Both the position numbers and the translations under genes were made by a program. DNA of 32,000 nucleotides from Breznakia sp. PF5-3 (lineage in GTDB: Bacteria; Bacillota_I; Bacilli_A; Erysipelotrichales; Erysipelotrichaceae). How positions within the stretch are numbered: the first letter of the stretch is position 1; every line of letters starts with the position of its first letter. Positions 9,847 through 18,983 of the stretch are shown one piece after another. The DNA is taken from NCBI RefSeq assembly GCF_029504745.1, contig NZ_JAQFIQ010000014.1, forward strand, positions 15,863-47,862, written 5' to 3'. A model generated the notes under the pieces. That model was not told the DNA's origin. It worked only from the letters and a program-made list of their open reading frames with translations, and searched no databases.

Positions 9847-9882
9847 TATAAAGGAGAACTTCATTCAAAGTTCTCCTTTATA
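9847..9882. terminator. Bidirectional terminator between convergent glnN and the 238-aa gene
   Basis: Perfect 15-bp stem TATAAAGGAGAACTT / AAGTTCTCCTTTATA with a 6-nt loop, overlapping the stop of the minus-strand gene. Confidence 0.7.
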
Positions 9883-10594
9883 TTTCGACGGTTGTTGATT
9901 CTGGAAAATTCAAATTATATTCATCAAAGGTAAAATTCAAGTCAACATGATAGGTTCCTACAGGAGCTTGTGATGTATCCAATTCATATATTGAATTCAT
10001 ATGCACATAATCACTTTCTTCTGCTACTTTATTATTACTTATATAGTTGATTTTCATATCCACCTTTTGATCAAAATGAACTTCAACCTTTGGTGCGTTA
10101 ACAGGCTGGGTTTTCTCATAATAATAAGAAACTGTGTATATAATTTTGCTTTCCGTTTTTGTATTAGTAACCTGAAAATCTAATACTTCATCTATATAAC
10201 TATATGTACTTTTCTCTATTGTTTTTCCATTGTCCAATGTTATTACGAAAGAAAATTCATTATTCCCAGTATGAATACCACTTCCAAACAAACCAATAGA
10301 ATATACAGCTTTATCACTTACATCTTGTAGTAATTTTTCCCCATGATAGATTTCCATTTTTTCTATTATGTCATTTCCACGATTGACACTCCAATTAAAA
10401 GTAAGATTAAGCCCTTGTGTTAATGATACACTAAAACTCTCAATTCCTGTATTGGTATCGCCACTTGTCCCTGGATCAGGAGTTCTTGTATTTGTGTTTG
10501 AATTTCTTGTAAGTTGTATAACCAACGCGGTGATACATACTACAAGGATGGTTATCAAAGCAATAAACACTTTATTTTTTTTCAAATATTCCAA
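9878..10594 (-). CDS. Membrane-anchored extracytoplasmic protein of unknown function
   Basis: TTG start 7 nt after AAGGAG. One N-terminal TM helix, a T/P/G/N-rich linker, then a beta-rich region. No recognisable motif. Confidence 0.6.
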   Translation of the reverse strand: MEYLKKNKVFIALITILVVCITALVIQLTRNSNTNTRTPDPGTSGDTNTGIESFSVSLTQGLNLTFNWSVNRGNDIIEKMEIYHGEKLLQDVSDKAVYSIGLFGSGIHTGNNEFSFVITLDNGKTIEKSTYSYIDEVLDFQVTNTKTESKIIYTVSYYYEKTQPVNAPKVEVHFDQKVDMKINYISNNKVAEESDYVHMNSIYELDTSQAPVGTYHVDLNFTFDEYNLNFPESTTVEI

Positions 10595-10696
10595 AATATC
10601 ACTCCTTGTTGTTCATTATACCATAAGAAAATGTTTTCTGCGAAACCCTACAAACAATCCTTATTATTTAGTTTCTTTTTGATGAAACATAACACT

Positions 10697-10720
10697 AAAA
10701 AAAGCGCAATGCGCTTTTTG
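10697..10720. terminator. Terminator after metQ
   Basis: AAAAAAAGCGC-AAT-GCGCTTTTT hairpin flanked by A and T runs. Confidence 0.65.
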
Positions 10721-10726
10721 TGTAAA

Positions 10727-11557
10727 TTAATCAAATACTGCAACTACTAAATCACCATATGTTTTTTCAATGTATTTCTTAGTTTTTGCGTTTGTTAAGA
10801 CTTTTATCAAAGCTTTGATTTTTTTATCATCCCCATGCCCTTTTTTAACTGCGATTACATTTGCATATGTTTGTGCTGCTTCACTACCTTTATCTTCTGA
10901 CACAATCAAGTTTCCATCCACTTCATTTGTCAATGCATAATTTCCATTTATGATAGCATAATCTACATCAGGTAATGTTGCTGCTACACCTTCCGCTTTA
11001 ACTTCAAGAATTTCAACATTCTTTGGATTCTTCGTGATATCTGTTTTAGTTGCTGATAATCCTGCATCTTTTTTTACCTCGATAATTCCTTTTGCAGCTA
11101 ACAATTGAAGAGCTCTTGCTTCATTTGTTGGATCATCTGGCACAGAGATAACAGCGCCGTCTTTCACATCATCAACTGAGAAATCTTCATTTTTTTCAGT
11201 TGTATCATTACTATAAATTCCAATTGGTTCAAAGTGAATTTTTGCCACTGCTTCTACTTCTGTACCATTATCTTCATTAAATCCTTCTAAATATGGCGTA
11301 TGTTGGAAAAAGTTTGCATCTATTTCCCCTTCATCAACAGCTAAGTTTGGTTGAACATAATCATCAAATACTTGAATATCTAACTCATACCCTTCTTTTT
11401 TCAAATCTTCTTCAATGCTTTCTAAGATTTCTGCATGTGGTGATGCAGAAGCTCCAATTGTAATTGTTTCTAATTCTTCTTTAGCTTCATCACCACTATT
11501 TCCACCACAGCCTACTAATAGTCCTAAAGCTATAAATACACCTAATAATTTTTTCAT
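10727..11557 (-). CDS. metQ: Methionine ABC transporter substrate-binding lipoprotein (NlpA/MetQ family)
   Basis: Lipobox LLVGCGG, NlpA-family body, AGGAGGAG RBS, last gene of the metNIQ order. Confidence 0.9.
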   Translation of the reverse strand: MKKLLGVFIALGLLVGCGGNSGDEAKEELETITIGASASPHAEILESIEEDLKKEGYELDIQVFDDYVQPNLAVDEGEIDANFFQHTPYLEGFNEDNGTEVEAVAKIHFEPIGIYSNDTTEKNEDFSVDDVKDGAVISVPDDPTNEARALQLLAAKGIIEVKKDAGLSATKTDITKNPKNVEILEVKAEGVAATLPDVDYAIINGNYALTNEVDGNLIVSEDKGSEAAQTYANVIAVKKGHGDDKKIKALIKVLTNAKTKKYIEKTYGDLVVAVFD

Positions 11558-11569
11558 TTCTTTCTCCTC

Positions 11570-12313
11570 CTAATGGGTTGTTTTTCTTGTTAAATAATTT
11601 CCTAATGCTTGTATCGCGGTTACGATTAATAAAATAATAATTACTGTAGACCAGGTTGCATCCACTTTACCTCGTGCATATCCATGTCGAATAGCAAATG
11701 CACCTAGACCTCCTCCTCCTACTTGACCAGCCATTGCAGTTAATCCAAGCAATGAAATCAAGGTAATTGATACGGAGCGAATAATACCAGGAATACTCTC
11801 TTTTAAATAAACTCGTGTAATGATTTGCATTGGTGTGTTTCCCATTGCAATACTTGCTTCAATCAATCCATCATCTACTTCTGAAAGTACCGATTCAATT
11901 TGTCTTGCAAAAAATGGAATAGTTCCAAAAATTAAGGGAATATATGTTCCTTTTATACCAGTTGCCGTCCCCATAACCAATCTTGATGCACCAACCAATA
12001 AAGCCATCAAAATAACAAATGGAATAGAACGGAAGAAATTAATAAATTTATCTAAGATAAAATAAATAATTTTGTTTTCCAAAATTCCATCTTTCTTAGT
12101 AACGGTAATAAGAACCCCAAAGATTATTCCAAATATCAATGCAAAGATTCCTGAAAAGAATAACATTTTTAATGTCATATATGTTTCTTGTACCAATTCA
12201 CTAATCATTTTAGGATTATTCATAAAATCCATAGGTAGAAATTGTGTAACAACATCAAATATGACAGCTAAGATTGACTCAAAAAAATTTGAAATCATTG
12301 TTCCTATATCCAT
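11570..12313 (-). CDS. metI: Methionine ABC transporter permease
   Basis: Multi-TM BPD-type permease. The ATG overlaps the metN TAA by 1 nt (TAATG), with GGAGGTG upstream. Confidence 0.9.
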   Translation of the reverse strand: MDIGTMISNFFESILAVIFDVVTQFLPMDFMNNPKMISELVQETYMTLKMLFFSGIFALIFGIIFGVLITVTKKDGILENKIIYFILDKFINFFRSIPFVILMALLVGASRLVMGTATGIKGTYIPLIFGTIPFFARQIESVLSEVDDGLIEASIAMGNTPMQIITRVYLKESIPGIIRSVSITLISLLGLTAMAGQVGGGGLGAFAIRHGYARGKVDATWSTVIIILLIVTAIQALGNYLTRKTTH

Positions 12314-13347
12314 TATTTCAACACCTCCACTCCAACACCTTGTCCTTTAATATACGTGATAGCACTTTCTATGTTTGCTTTTTCACCTTTCAGCTTAACC
12401 ACCAAATTTCCAAGTGGACTATTCGCTAGTACTTCAACATTACCAAATATGATATTAAAACTAACATCATATGTTTTCACTAAGTACGTCATCAAAGCTT
12501 CTTTGGTATTGCTAGATGAGTAAACAAGCCGTAACATCGTCTCATCAACATCCAAATCGACAAGCGGATCATTCTTCTCAATCAATTCATAAATCTGATG
12601 AATCGATGTAGTCGTATTAATAAAAGTACGTGTAACTTCACTTTTTGGTTTTGTAAAAATATCTATGATATTTCCTTCTTCTACAATATTTCCATCTTCC
12701 ATGATTGCTACTTTGTTACAAATCGCTTTTACAACTGCCATTTCATGAGTGATGATTACAATTGTTATTTTGAGCTTTTCATTTAAGTTTTTTAGAAGTG
12801 CTAGTATTGATTGTGTTGTTTGAGGATCAAGTGCACTTGTTGCTTCATCACAAAGCAGAATACTAGGATCATTAGCCAAAGCTCTTGCAATTGCAACTCT
12901 TTGCTTTTGTCCTCCACTAAGCTGTGATGGATATGCTTTCTTCTTGTCCTTTAATTCTACTAATTCCAATAATTCATCAACCTTCTTATTTATTTGCTCT
13001 TTACTTAAACCACTTCCCTTTAGCGGAAAAGCGATGTTTTGAGCAACAGTTCTAGATCTCATCAAATTGAAATGTTGAAATATCATTCCTATTTTCTTCC
13101 GTTCTGCACGTAAATCCCGTGCACTCAAATCCATTAAATTTTTACCATCAATTACTACTTCACCCTCGGTTGGACGTTCTAATAAATTAATACAACGAAT
13201 TAAAGTACTTTTTCCAGCACCACTGAATCCAATGACACCAAATATATCTTTCTCCTCTATATGTAAGGATGCTTTTCTTACTGCATGTACATCATTTTCT
13301 TTGGTCTTAAATATTTTTGTGATATTCACTAATTGGATTTTACTCAC
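12313..13347 (-). CDS. metN: Methionine ABC transporter ATPase
   Basis: Walker A GFSGAGKST, LSGGQKQR signature, Walker B ILLCDEATSALD, and a C-terminal NIL/ACT-like domain. GTG start at 13347 lies 7 nt after GGAGG; the track ORF is over-extended. Confidence 0.9.
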   Translation of the reverse strand: MSKIQLVNITKIFKTKENDVHAVRKASLHIEEKDIFGVIGFSGAGKSTLIRCINLLERPTEGEVVIDGKNLMDLSARDLRAERKKIGMIFQHFNLMRSRTVAQNIAFPLKGSGLSKEQINKKVDELLELVELKDKKKAYPSQLSGGQKQRVAIARALANDPSILLCDEATSALDPQTTQSILALLKNLNEKLKITIVIITHEMAVVKAICNKVAIMEDGNIVEEGNIIDIFTKPKSEVTRTFINTTTSIHQIYELIEKNDPLVDLDVDETMLRLVYSSSNTKEALMTYLVKTYDVSFNIIFGNVEVLANSPLGNLVVKLKGEKANIESAITYIKGQGVGVEVLK

Positions 13348-13365
13348 ACTTCCACCTCCTATAAA

Positions 13366-13626
13366 ATAAAAAAACATTCTCCCAAAGGACGAATGCATCG
13401 TGTTACCACCTTAATTTACTAATATATTACTATATTAGCCTCTTCGAGTACTATCATACTCTATCACAATAACGGGTGAACCCGACATAATCTAAAGAAC
13501 TCTCATTCAATTATGTAACTCCAAGACCATTTTCGATAAACTACTAACCTTATCCATTTTCACCATACTGGACTCTCTAAGAAGGATTTCATAAATGTAC
13601 TCTTCTCTTCATCGTTTTTAATTTAT
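13366..13626 (-). promoter_or_regulatory. T-box riboswitch leader, probable Met (AUG) specifier
   Basis: On the minus strand: Stem I start CGAUGAAGAGAAGAGUA, an AGAGAG element, and a distal UCCA...GGUGAAAAUGGA loop. The candidate specifier is GA-AUG-A (AUG = 13506-13504). The T-box sequence AAUUAAGGUGGUAACACG is followed by a terminator stem and a U7 tract. Confidence 0.8.
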
Positions 13627-13632
13627 ATGCAC

Positions 13633-13661
13633 ATGATACCCATTATTTCCCATCTTGTCAA
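13633..13661 (-). promoter_or_regulatory. Promoter of the T-box-metNIQ transcript
   Basis: On the minus strand: TTGACA (13661-13656), 17 nt spacer, TATCAT (13638-13633). Confidence 0.6.
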
Positions 13662-13708
13662 TATACAAATTTGAAATTTATGAGATAATATTGTCTAAGA
13701 GGTATATT

Positions 13709-14446
13709 ATGTTTGAAAAATTAAAAGCAAAATTTAAGAAAAAACCATTAATATTATGCATTCATGGATTTGGACACAGAAGATCTACAGAGTATAATAA
13801 TTTCAAATTATGGGGTGAAGATACATATGAATTCATCACTTTTGACATTTTTGATGATCAAGATGATAATGATACAAATGCGTCTATTTGGATTGAACGT
13901 TGCGAAAAGGAATTAGAAAAACTATTGCCTTTACAACGAGATATTTATATCATTGGTTTTTCTATGGGAGGTGTTTTAGCATCTTATCTAGCCAGTAAAT
14001 ACAATGTGAAAAAACTATTTTTAATTGCTCCTGCATTTGAATTTATTAGTCTGCGAAGTGTTGTCGATACAATTATGAAAATTATCAATAACCAACCATC
14101 TGAATTAACCATGTCAAACAAACAAGTATCTTGCTTTATGGAAGTTGTTGATCGATGTAAAGACGATATCAATCTCGTTTTATGTCCTACACTAATTGTT
14201 CATGGTGATAATGATCAAGTAATCCCTCTAAGAAGTAGTATAAATGCATACAACAAAATCCAGCATGATAAAAAGCGATTAATTATTTTGCATGAAGGTC
14301 CACATCGACTAATGCTAGATAAAAAAACAAACAATGAAGTATACCAATTATTTTCACTATTTATGCAAGATAAACTAATTACCTATACACCACAGATTGC
14401 TGAAGATCCATATAAAAAAATAGAGGATAAAGTCCAAAAAGGCTAA
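13709..14446 (+). CDS. Alpha/beta-fold hydrolase (esterase/lipase-like)
   Basis: HGFG oxyanion region, GFSMGG nucleophile elbow, and a late HGDNDQ...H pattern. ATG at 13709 follows AAGAGG. Confidence 0.75.
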   Translation: MFEKLKAKFKKKPLILCIHGFGHRRSTEYNNFKLWGEDTYEFITFDIFDDQDDNDTNASIWIERCEKELEKLLPLQRDIYIIGFSMGGVLASYLASKYNVKKLFLIAPAFEFISLRSVVDTIMKIINNQPSELTMSNKQVSCFMEVVDRCKDDINLVLCPTLIVHGDNDQVIPLRSSINAYNKIQHDKKRLIILHEGPHRLMLDKKTNNEVYQLFSLFMQDKLITYTPQIAEDPYKKIEDKVQKG

Positions 14447-15084
14447 CCTCTATTTTTTATATTGTGCTCGTAAAACTTTTCGTATACATTAGTGATGAAA
14501 TTGGGTTTTCCACTACGATATCGTTGAACAATGAATAGTGTTGTAATAACACCACCAATAATACATACTCCAATATCTCCCATAGAATCATGAACACCTG
14601 ATGTATAATGATTAATTGCGTCATAATCTGCAACTAATAAACAAATATATTCATATTGTTCCCATAAGGCTGCGATTGATATATTTACTGCGTTTATAAA
14701 AATTAACATCAATGGCACATCTTTTTTTTCAACATGATGTATTTTTTTTAAAGTACAAAATAATATATAAGCAAAAAGAACACCTAATACCCCACTGAAT
14801 GCATGAGAAATTTTATCCCAATATAAATAATGATCAAAAAAGCGGTAAGAACTTCCAAATAAGGAAGCAATTGCAATAAAAATAAGTGCAATTATATAAA
14901 TTTCATACACTGGTTTTAGCTTAAAGATTTTAAATACTAATTGTGGCACAAATAGTAAAGCTGCTGATACAAAGGTCATCATAAACGAATGCATGTATCC
15001 ATTTGTATAGTTACTATAAAAAGCATAGCCAAGCAATACTACATAAACGCCAAAGCAAATATAGTATATCTTTTTAACATTCAT
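14443..15084 (-). CDS. Multi-pass membrane protein of unknown function, co-operonic with pncAB
   Basis: 5-6 predicted TM helices. WDKISHAFSG and EQYEY...D..GD motifs faintly resemble DUF2238/YjdF-type proteins (weak recall). Its start lies 1 nt after the pncB stop. Confidence 0.6.
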   Translation of the reverse strand: MNVKKIYYICFGVYVVLLGYAFYSNYTNGYMHSFMMTFVSAALLFVPQLVFKIFKLKPVYEIYIIALIFIAIASLFGSSYRFFDHYLYWDKISHAFSGVLGVLFAYILFCTLKKIHHVEKKDVPLMLIFINAVNISIAALWEQYEYICLLVADYDAINHYTSGVHDSMGDIGVCIIGGVITTLFIVQRYRSGKPNFITNVYEKFYEHNIKNRG

Positions 15085-15085
15085 T

Positions 15086-16561
15086 TTATTTTTTCACACT
15101 TTCTAACATGCTTAGTTTTAAATCCAATAATTTTTTAGTTAAATCCACATAATATTCTTGTGGATATTCAAAACGGAAAAGCTCATCCCACATACTATCT
15201 CGCTCTGTTTTACTATATGCTCTTATATCTTCAATTTCTGGACAATCATAAACTAATTTTCCACCAATAAATATTGGTACAAGCAATTTTCTTAAATCGT
15301 ATGAACCTGCTTTAAATGTTTTAAACTTCCATACATCTTGAGGATGATAGATTGTTAAATCTTTGGTTTCTAATAACTCCTCATCATGTAAGGTTAGTAA
15401 ATCAGCTGCCGCTTTTCCACTTTCTTTATCATAAATTCGATACACTTCTTTCTTTCCAGGATTGGTAAGCTTTCCAACATTGTCACTAATCTTTATCTTT
15501 GGCAAGTATTGTCCATCCATCAACAATGAACTTAGTTTGTATACCCCCCCAAAAACAGGTGAGCTCTTACTGCATATAAGATTTTCCCCAACTCCAAAAG
15601 AATCTATCTGAGCCCCTTGATCAATCAAAGACTTAATAATATATTCATCAAATGAATTACTGGCGATAATCTTACAATCTTGTAATCCTGCTGCATCTAA
15701 TTCTTTTCTTATTTTTTTAGATAAATAAGAAATATCTCCGCTATCAATTCGTACACTTTGGAGTCGATAACCATTTGGAATCAAATATTCATGAGCGATT
15801 TTAATAGCATTTTTAACTCCACTTCGCAATGTATCATAGGTATCAAGAAGCAATGATGTTTGTGCAGGATAATTTTTCGCATATGCTAAAAATGCTTCGT
15901 ATTCACTATCATAGCTTTGAATAAAGCTGTGTGCCATTGTCCCTGTAACTGGTAAACCAAACATCTGCCCTGCACTTGTTGTAGCACTGGCATTAACACC
16001 AGCGATATAAGCTGCACGAGCCCCATAATTAGCAGCATCAAAGTTGTGAGCACGACGTGCTCCAAATTCCATTACCCCTCTACCTCCAGCTGCACGCACA
16101 ACCCTATTTGCCTTAGTTGCTATTAATGTCTGATGATTAATTGCTAACAAAATAGCTGTTTCAACAATTTGGGCTTCAATAATTTTAGCTTCAATTCGCA
16201 ACAATGGTTCATTGGGAAAAACAACGCTTCCTTCTTGCATAGCATAAATATCACCAGTAAAAATAAAATGACGAAGATAATCTAAAAATTCATCATTGAA
16301 TTTATTTAAACTTTTCAAATAATATATTTCTTCTTCTCCAAAATGTAAGTTTTGAATAAACCCAATCACTTCTTCCAATCCTGCAAAAAGAGCAAATCCA
16401 CCATTATCTGGATTGCGACGATAAAACATATCAAAAGTTACAATTTGATCCTTTTTACCTTCATTAAAATAAACTTGTGCCATAGTCAATTCATATAAAT
16501 CCATTACTAAACTTAAATTTCTTGAATCTCTAAAATCAAATTTCAAATCATAGTTTCTCAT
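15086..16561 (-). CDS. pncB: Nicotinate phosphoribosyltransferase
   Basis: About 490-aa NAPRTase. N-terminal LVMDLYELTMAQVYF, plus the GTMAHSFIQ and RIDSGD blocks. Confidence 0.9.
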   Translation of the reverse strand: MRNYDLKFDFRDSRNLSLVMDLYELTMAQVYFNEGKKDQIVTFDMFYRRNPDNGGFALFAGLEEVIGFIQNLHFGEEEIYYLKSLNKFNDEFLDYLRHFIFTGDIYAMQEGSVVFPNEPLLRIEAKIIEAQIVETAILLAINHQTLIATKANRVVRAAGGRGVMEFGARRAHNFDAANYGARAAYIAGVNASATTSAGQMFGLPVTGTMAHSFIQSYDSEYEAFLAYAKNYPAQTSLLLDTYDTLRSGVKNAIKIAHEYLIPNGYRLQSVRIDSGDISYLSKKIRKELDAAGLQDCKIIASNSFDEYIIKSLIDQGAQIDSFGVGENLICSKSSPVFGGVYKLSSLLMDGQYLPKIKISDNVGKLTNPGKKEVYRIYDKESGKAAADLLTLHDEELLETKDLTIYHPQDVWKFKTFKAGSYDLRKLLVPIFIGGKLVYDCPEIEDIRAYSKTERDSMWDELFRFEYPQEYYVDLTKKLLDLKLSMLESVKK

Positions 16562-16566
16562 CTCAA

Positions 16567-17178
16567 TTACCTCATTTCAACAACTTGAATACCATTTGAA
16601 ATCATAAAACCACAAGCTGTTTCATTCATTTTTTGTTGATCATGTACACCTTCTATATGAAAAGTTTCAATCATATTTATTGGAACAATAATTCTTTTTT
16701 TATTCAAATTGTGTTCATTTAGAAATGTTTGAAAAGCTAATGCAAATTGCATAATACAAATATCACTACAACATCCAACGATAACATAGTCATCATAAGC
16801 TAATAGATATTCTTCCATCTGCGATTGAAATCCTTCTGCTACAAATGCATTGGTACTATTCTTATATATCGTATCTTGTACATACTCTTTCAACTCATGA
16901 ATCACATCTGATTCTTCTGTGTTTTCAATACAGTGAATTGGATATGATTCAAATTCTCTAGCATCTAAATTATGAGAATCGCATACAAAAACATTTGCAG
17001 GTTCATTCTTTAACAACCTAATAATATCATCATTTATCTCTAATATTGAAGCATCACTAAGTGCCCCTTCTTTTGTAAACCCATTTATCATATCAACTAC
17101 AAATACAATTGGTCTAGACAAATCAGAAAATGTAGCTGTAGGGATTTTTTCTTTATATTGCTTTGATACTTTTGCCAT
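16567..17178 (-). CDS. pncA: Isochorismatase-family cysteine hydrolase, probable nicotinamidase
   Basis: VVDMINGF Asp block and GCCSDICI catalytic Cys block. Lies 5 nt upstream of pncB. ATG at 17178 follows AAGGTGG. Confidence 0.75.
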   Translation of the reverse strand: MAKVSKQYKEKIPTATFSDLSRPIVFVVDMINGFTKEGALSDASILEINDDIIRLLKNEPANVFVCDSHNLDAREFESYPIHCIENTEESDVIHELKEYVQDTIYKNSTNAFVAEGFQSQMEEYLLAYDDYVIVGCCSDICIMQFALAFQTFLNEHNLNKKRIIVPINMIETFHIEGVHDQQKMNETACGFMISNGIQVVEMR

Positions 17179-17261
17179 GATTTCCACCTTCTATTTATTA
17201 TTATATTATACACTAAATCAATCATATTTTTTAACTTTCTTGCATTTGCTCATTATTCATG

Positions 17262-17296
17262 AAAAAGGTTCTCTTTAATAAAAGAAAACCTTTTTA
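17262..17296. terminator. Bidirectional terminator after the XRE gene
   Basis: 13-bp stem AAAGGTTCTCTTT / AAAGAAAACCTTT (one mismatch) with T-tracts on both strands. Confidence 0.6.
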
Positions 17297-17324
17297 TTTT
17301 ATATCACAATGAATCCTTGTCGGG

Positions 17325-17561
17325 CTACTTTGGACTATTATAGTATTCGCTTAAAGTGAGTTCATCACCTAAAAAAATATAATCTATTGGTATATTATAT
17401 AGTTTTGCAAGTTTTTTTAAATCTATACCATTTGGAATACTTCTACCACTTTCCCAATTTTTGATCGTTCGCTCTGTTTTTCCAACGATTTTTGCTACAT
17501 CTTTTATTTTCAAATTAGCATTTACTCGACAGGCTTTTAACGTCATCATAAATTCTTCCAT
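17325..17561 (-). CDS. XRE/Cro-type helix-turn-helix regulator
   Basis: HTH_3 pattern (LKIKDVAKIVGKTERTIKNWESGRSIPN...LAKLYNIPIDYIF). AAGGAGGG RBS. Confidence 0.85.
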   Translation of the reverse strand: MEEFMMTLKACRVNANLKIKDVAKIVGKTERTIKNWESGRSIPNGIDLKKLAKLYNIPIDYIFLGDELTLSEYYNSPK

Positions 17562-17597
17562 CCACTACCCTCCTTTACTTTAATTTTATTATAATCG

Positions 17598-17640
17598 TTT
17601 AAAGTGAGTTGTCAAATTATCGGAAATGATTTTCACTTTA
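17598..17640. promoter_or_regulatory. Candidate operator sites in the divergent promoter region
   Basis: TTTAAAGTGAGTT (17598-17610) and the inverted TCACTTTA (17633-17640). A third copy, CGCTTAAAGTGAGTT, lies at 17348-17362. The first site sits in the spacer of the minus-strand TTGACA-N16-TATAAT promoter. Confidence 0.5.
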
Positions 17641-17691
17641 GTGTTGTTTTTGTTCCCTTTGGTAGTATAATTAAATATAACTGGAGGACTT

Positions 17692-18297
17692 ATGGGGACA
17701 AAAGAAGAACTAAGAAAAACGTTTTCAGCTAATCTTATATATTACATGAATTTAGCAAATAAAACACAAGCGGATATCATTCGAGATTTAAAATATGGAT
17801 CTGGAATTGTTTCTGAATGGGTGAATGGGAAGAAATATCCTAGAATAGATAAAATTCAAGCATTAGCTGATTATTTAAACATTCATAAATATCAATTGAT
17901 TGAGCCGTTATCATTACACAAACAAAGAAAGGTAAATTCTAAAATACCACTTTATAAACGGTTTTTAATTGAAGAAGAGAAAGTAGATTACATTGTTTAT
18001 GATAATAAACAAAGCAATCATGAATATTTTGCATTAACCATCACTAATAACACACTGCATCCTGAATTTCATAAAAATGATGTTGTTATTGTCGAACGTG
18101 TAGATAAGCTATCTAATGGTCAAATTGCTGTGATTAAGCTTAAGCGGAAGATACAAGTTCGAAAAGTGAAAACTAAGAAGAAACAGATATTCTTAGAAAC
18201 ATTACTTCAAAACAAAAAAGATGATACTATCGAGATACAATCTTTAGATGAAATTGAAATTTTAGGTGTTATAAAAGAGCTAAAGCGATTCTATTAA
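17692..18297 (+). CDS. CI/LexA-like repressor: XRE HTH plus a degenerate S24 peptidase-like C-terminal domain
   Basis: N-terminal HTH (KTQADIIRDLKYGSGIVSEWVNGKKYP). The C-terminal S24-like fold reads NNTLHP at the position of the GDSMxP motif. TGGAGGA RBS. Confidence 0.75.
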   Translation: MGTKEELRKTFSANLIYYMNLANKTQADIIRDLKYGSGIVSEWVNGKKYPRIDKIQALADYLNIHKYQLIEPLSLHKQRKVNSKIPLYKRFLIEEEKVDYIVYDNKQSNHEYFALTITNNTLHPEFHKNDVVIVERVDKLSNGQIAVIKLKRKIQVRKVKTKKKQIFLETLLQNKKDDTIEIQSLDEIEILGVIKELKRFY

Positions 18298-18409
18298 AAT
18301 GAGCTGATGCTCTTTTTATGTGAAAGATTGTGAAATCTACATTATTCCTTTCCTTTTTAATATTCTGTATTATAATATATTTCATACATAAAAATTTAGG
18401 AGGTATAAA

Positions 18410-18814
18410 ATGAACAAACTAAAATTTGCTTTGTATCGATTTATGCAAGGACGGTATGGAAATGATAAGTTAAATAACTTTATCTTTATTATTCTTATTA
18501 CTTTAACCATTATCAATACTTTTTTCTTTCAAAACTCAATCCTTGTATTCCTTATTTATGCTTTCTTGATTGTAGTAATCTTTCGAACATATTCGAGAAA
18601 CATTTATGCTCGTCAAAAAGAAAACAATAAATTTCTAAATTTAACTAATCCAGTTCGCAAAAGATTTCGTATTATAAAAAAGAATCATCAAGATAAAGCG
18701 AATAAATATTACTTGTGTCCTCACTGTTTTCAAAGTGTAAGAGTTCCTAGAGGCAAAGGAAAAATTGAAATCAAATGTCCAAAATGTTCACATCATTTTA
18801 CTAAAAAAACATAA
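18410..18814 (+). CDS. Small membrane protein with a C-terminal zinc ribbon
   Basis: Two TM helices followed by CPHC...CPKC. AGGAGG RBS. Confidence 0.7.
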   Translation: MNKLKFALYRFMQGRYGNDKLNNFIFIILITLTIINTFFFQNSILVFLIYAFLIVVIFRTYSRNIYARQKENNKFLNLTNPVRKRFRIIKKNHQDKANKYYLCPHCFQSVRVPRGKGKIEIKCPKCSHHFTKKT

Positions 18815-18816
18815 AT

Positions 18817-18855
18817 AAAAAACTCCTTGCTAATAAAGCTTAAGGAGTTTTTTTG
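18817..18855 (+). terminator. Rho-independent terminator
   Basis: AAAAACTCCTT / AAGGAGTTTTT stem followed by a T-run. Confidence 0.7.
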
Positions 18856-18983
18856 ATTATAAGTTAATATTCTTTTCATAATGGTAATCATATTATTTTT
18901 TATCTTTCGTTTATAATAGTTTTAAATTATAAATTTTATATTTTGGACTATACTAAATTTAGAGAACATGATAAAATATAAGT

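Noticed and set aside
9677-10750. ORFs 9677-9868(-), 9706-9933(+), 10001-10183(+), 10368-10682(+) and 10514-10750(+)
   Set aside because: They span terminators or gene boundaries, or lie antisense to the 238-aa gene. None has translation signals.
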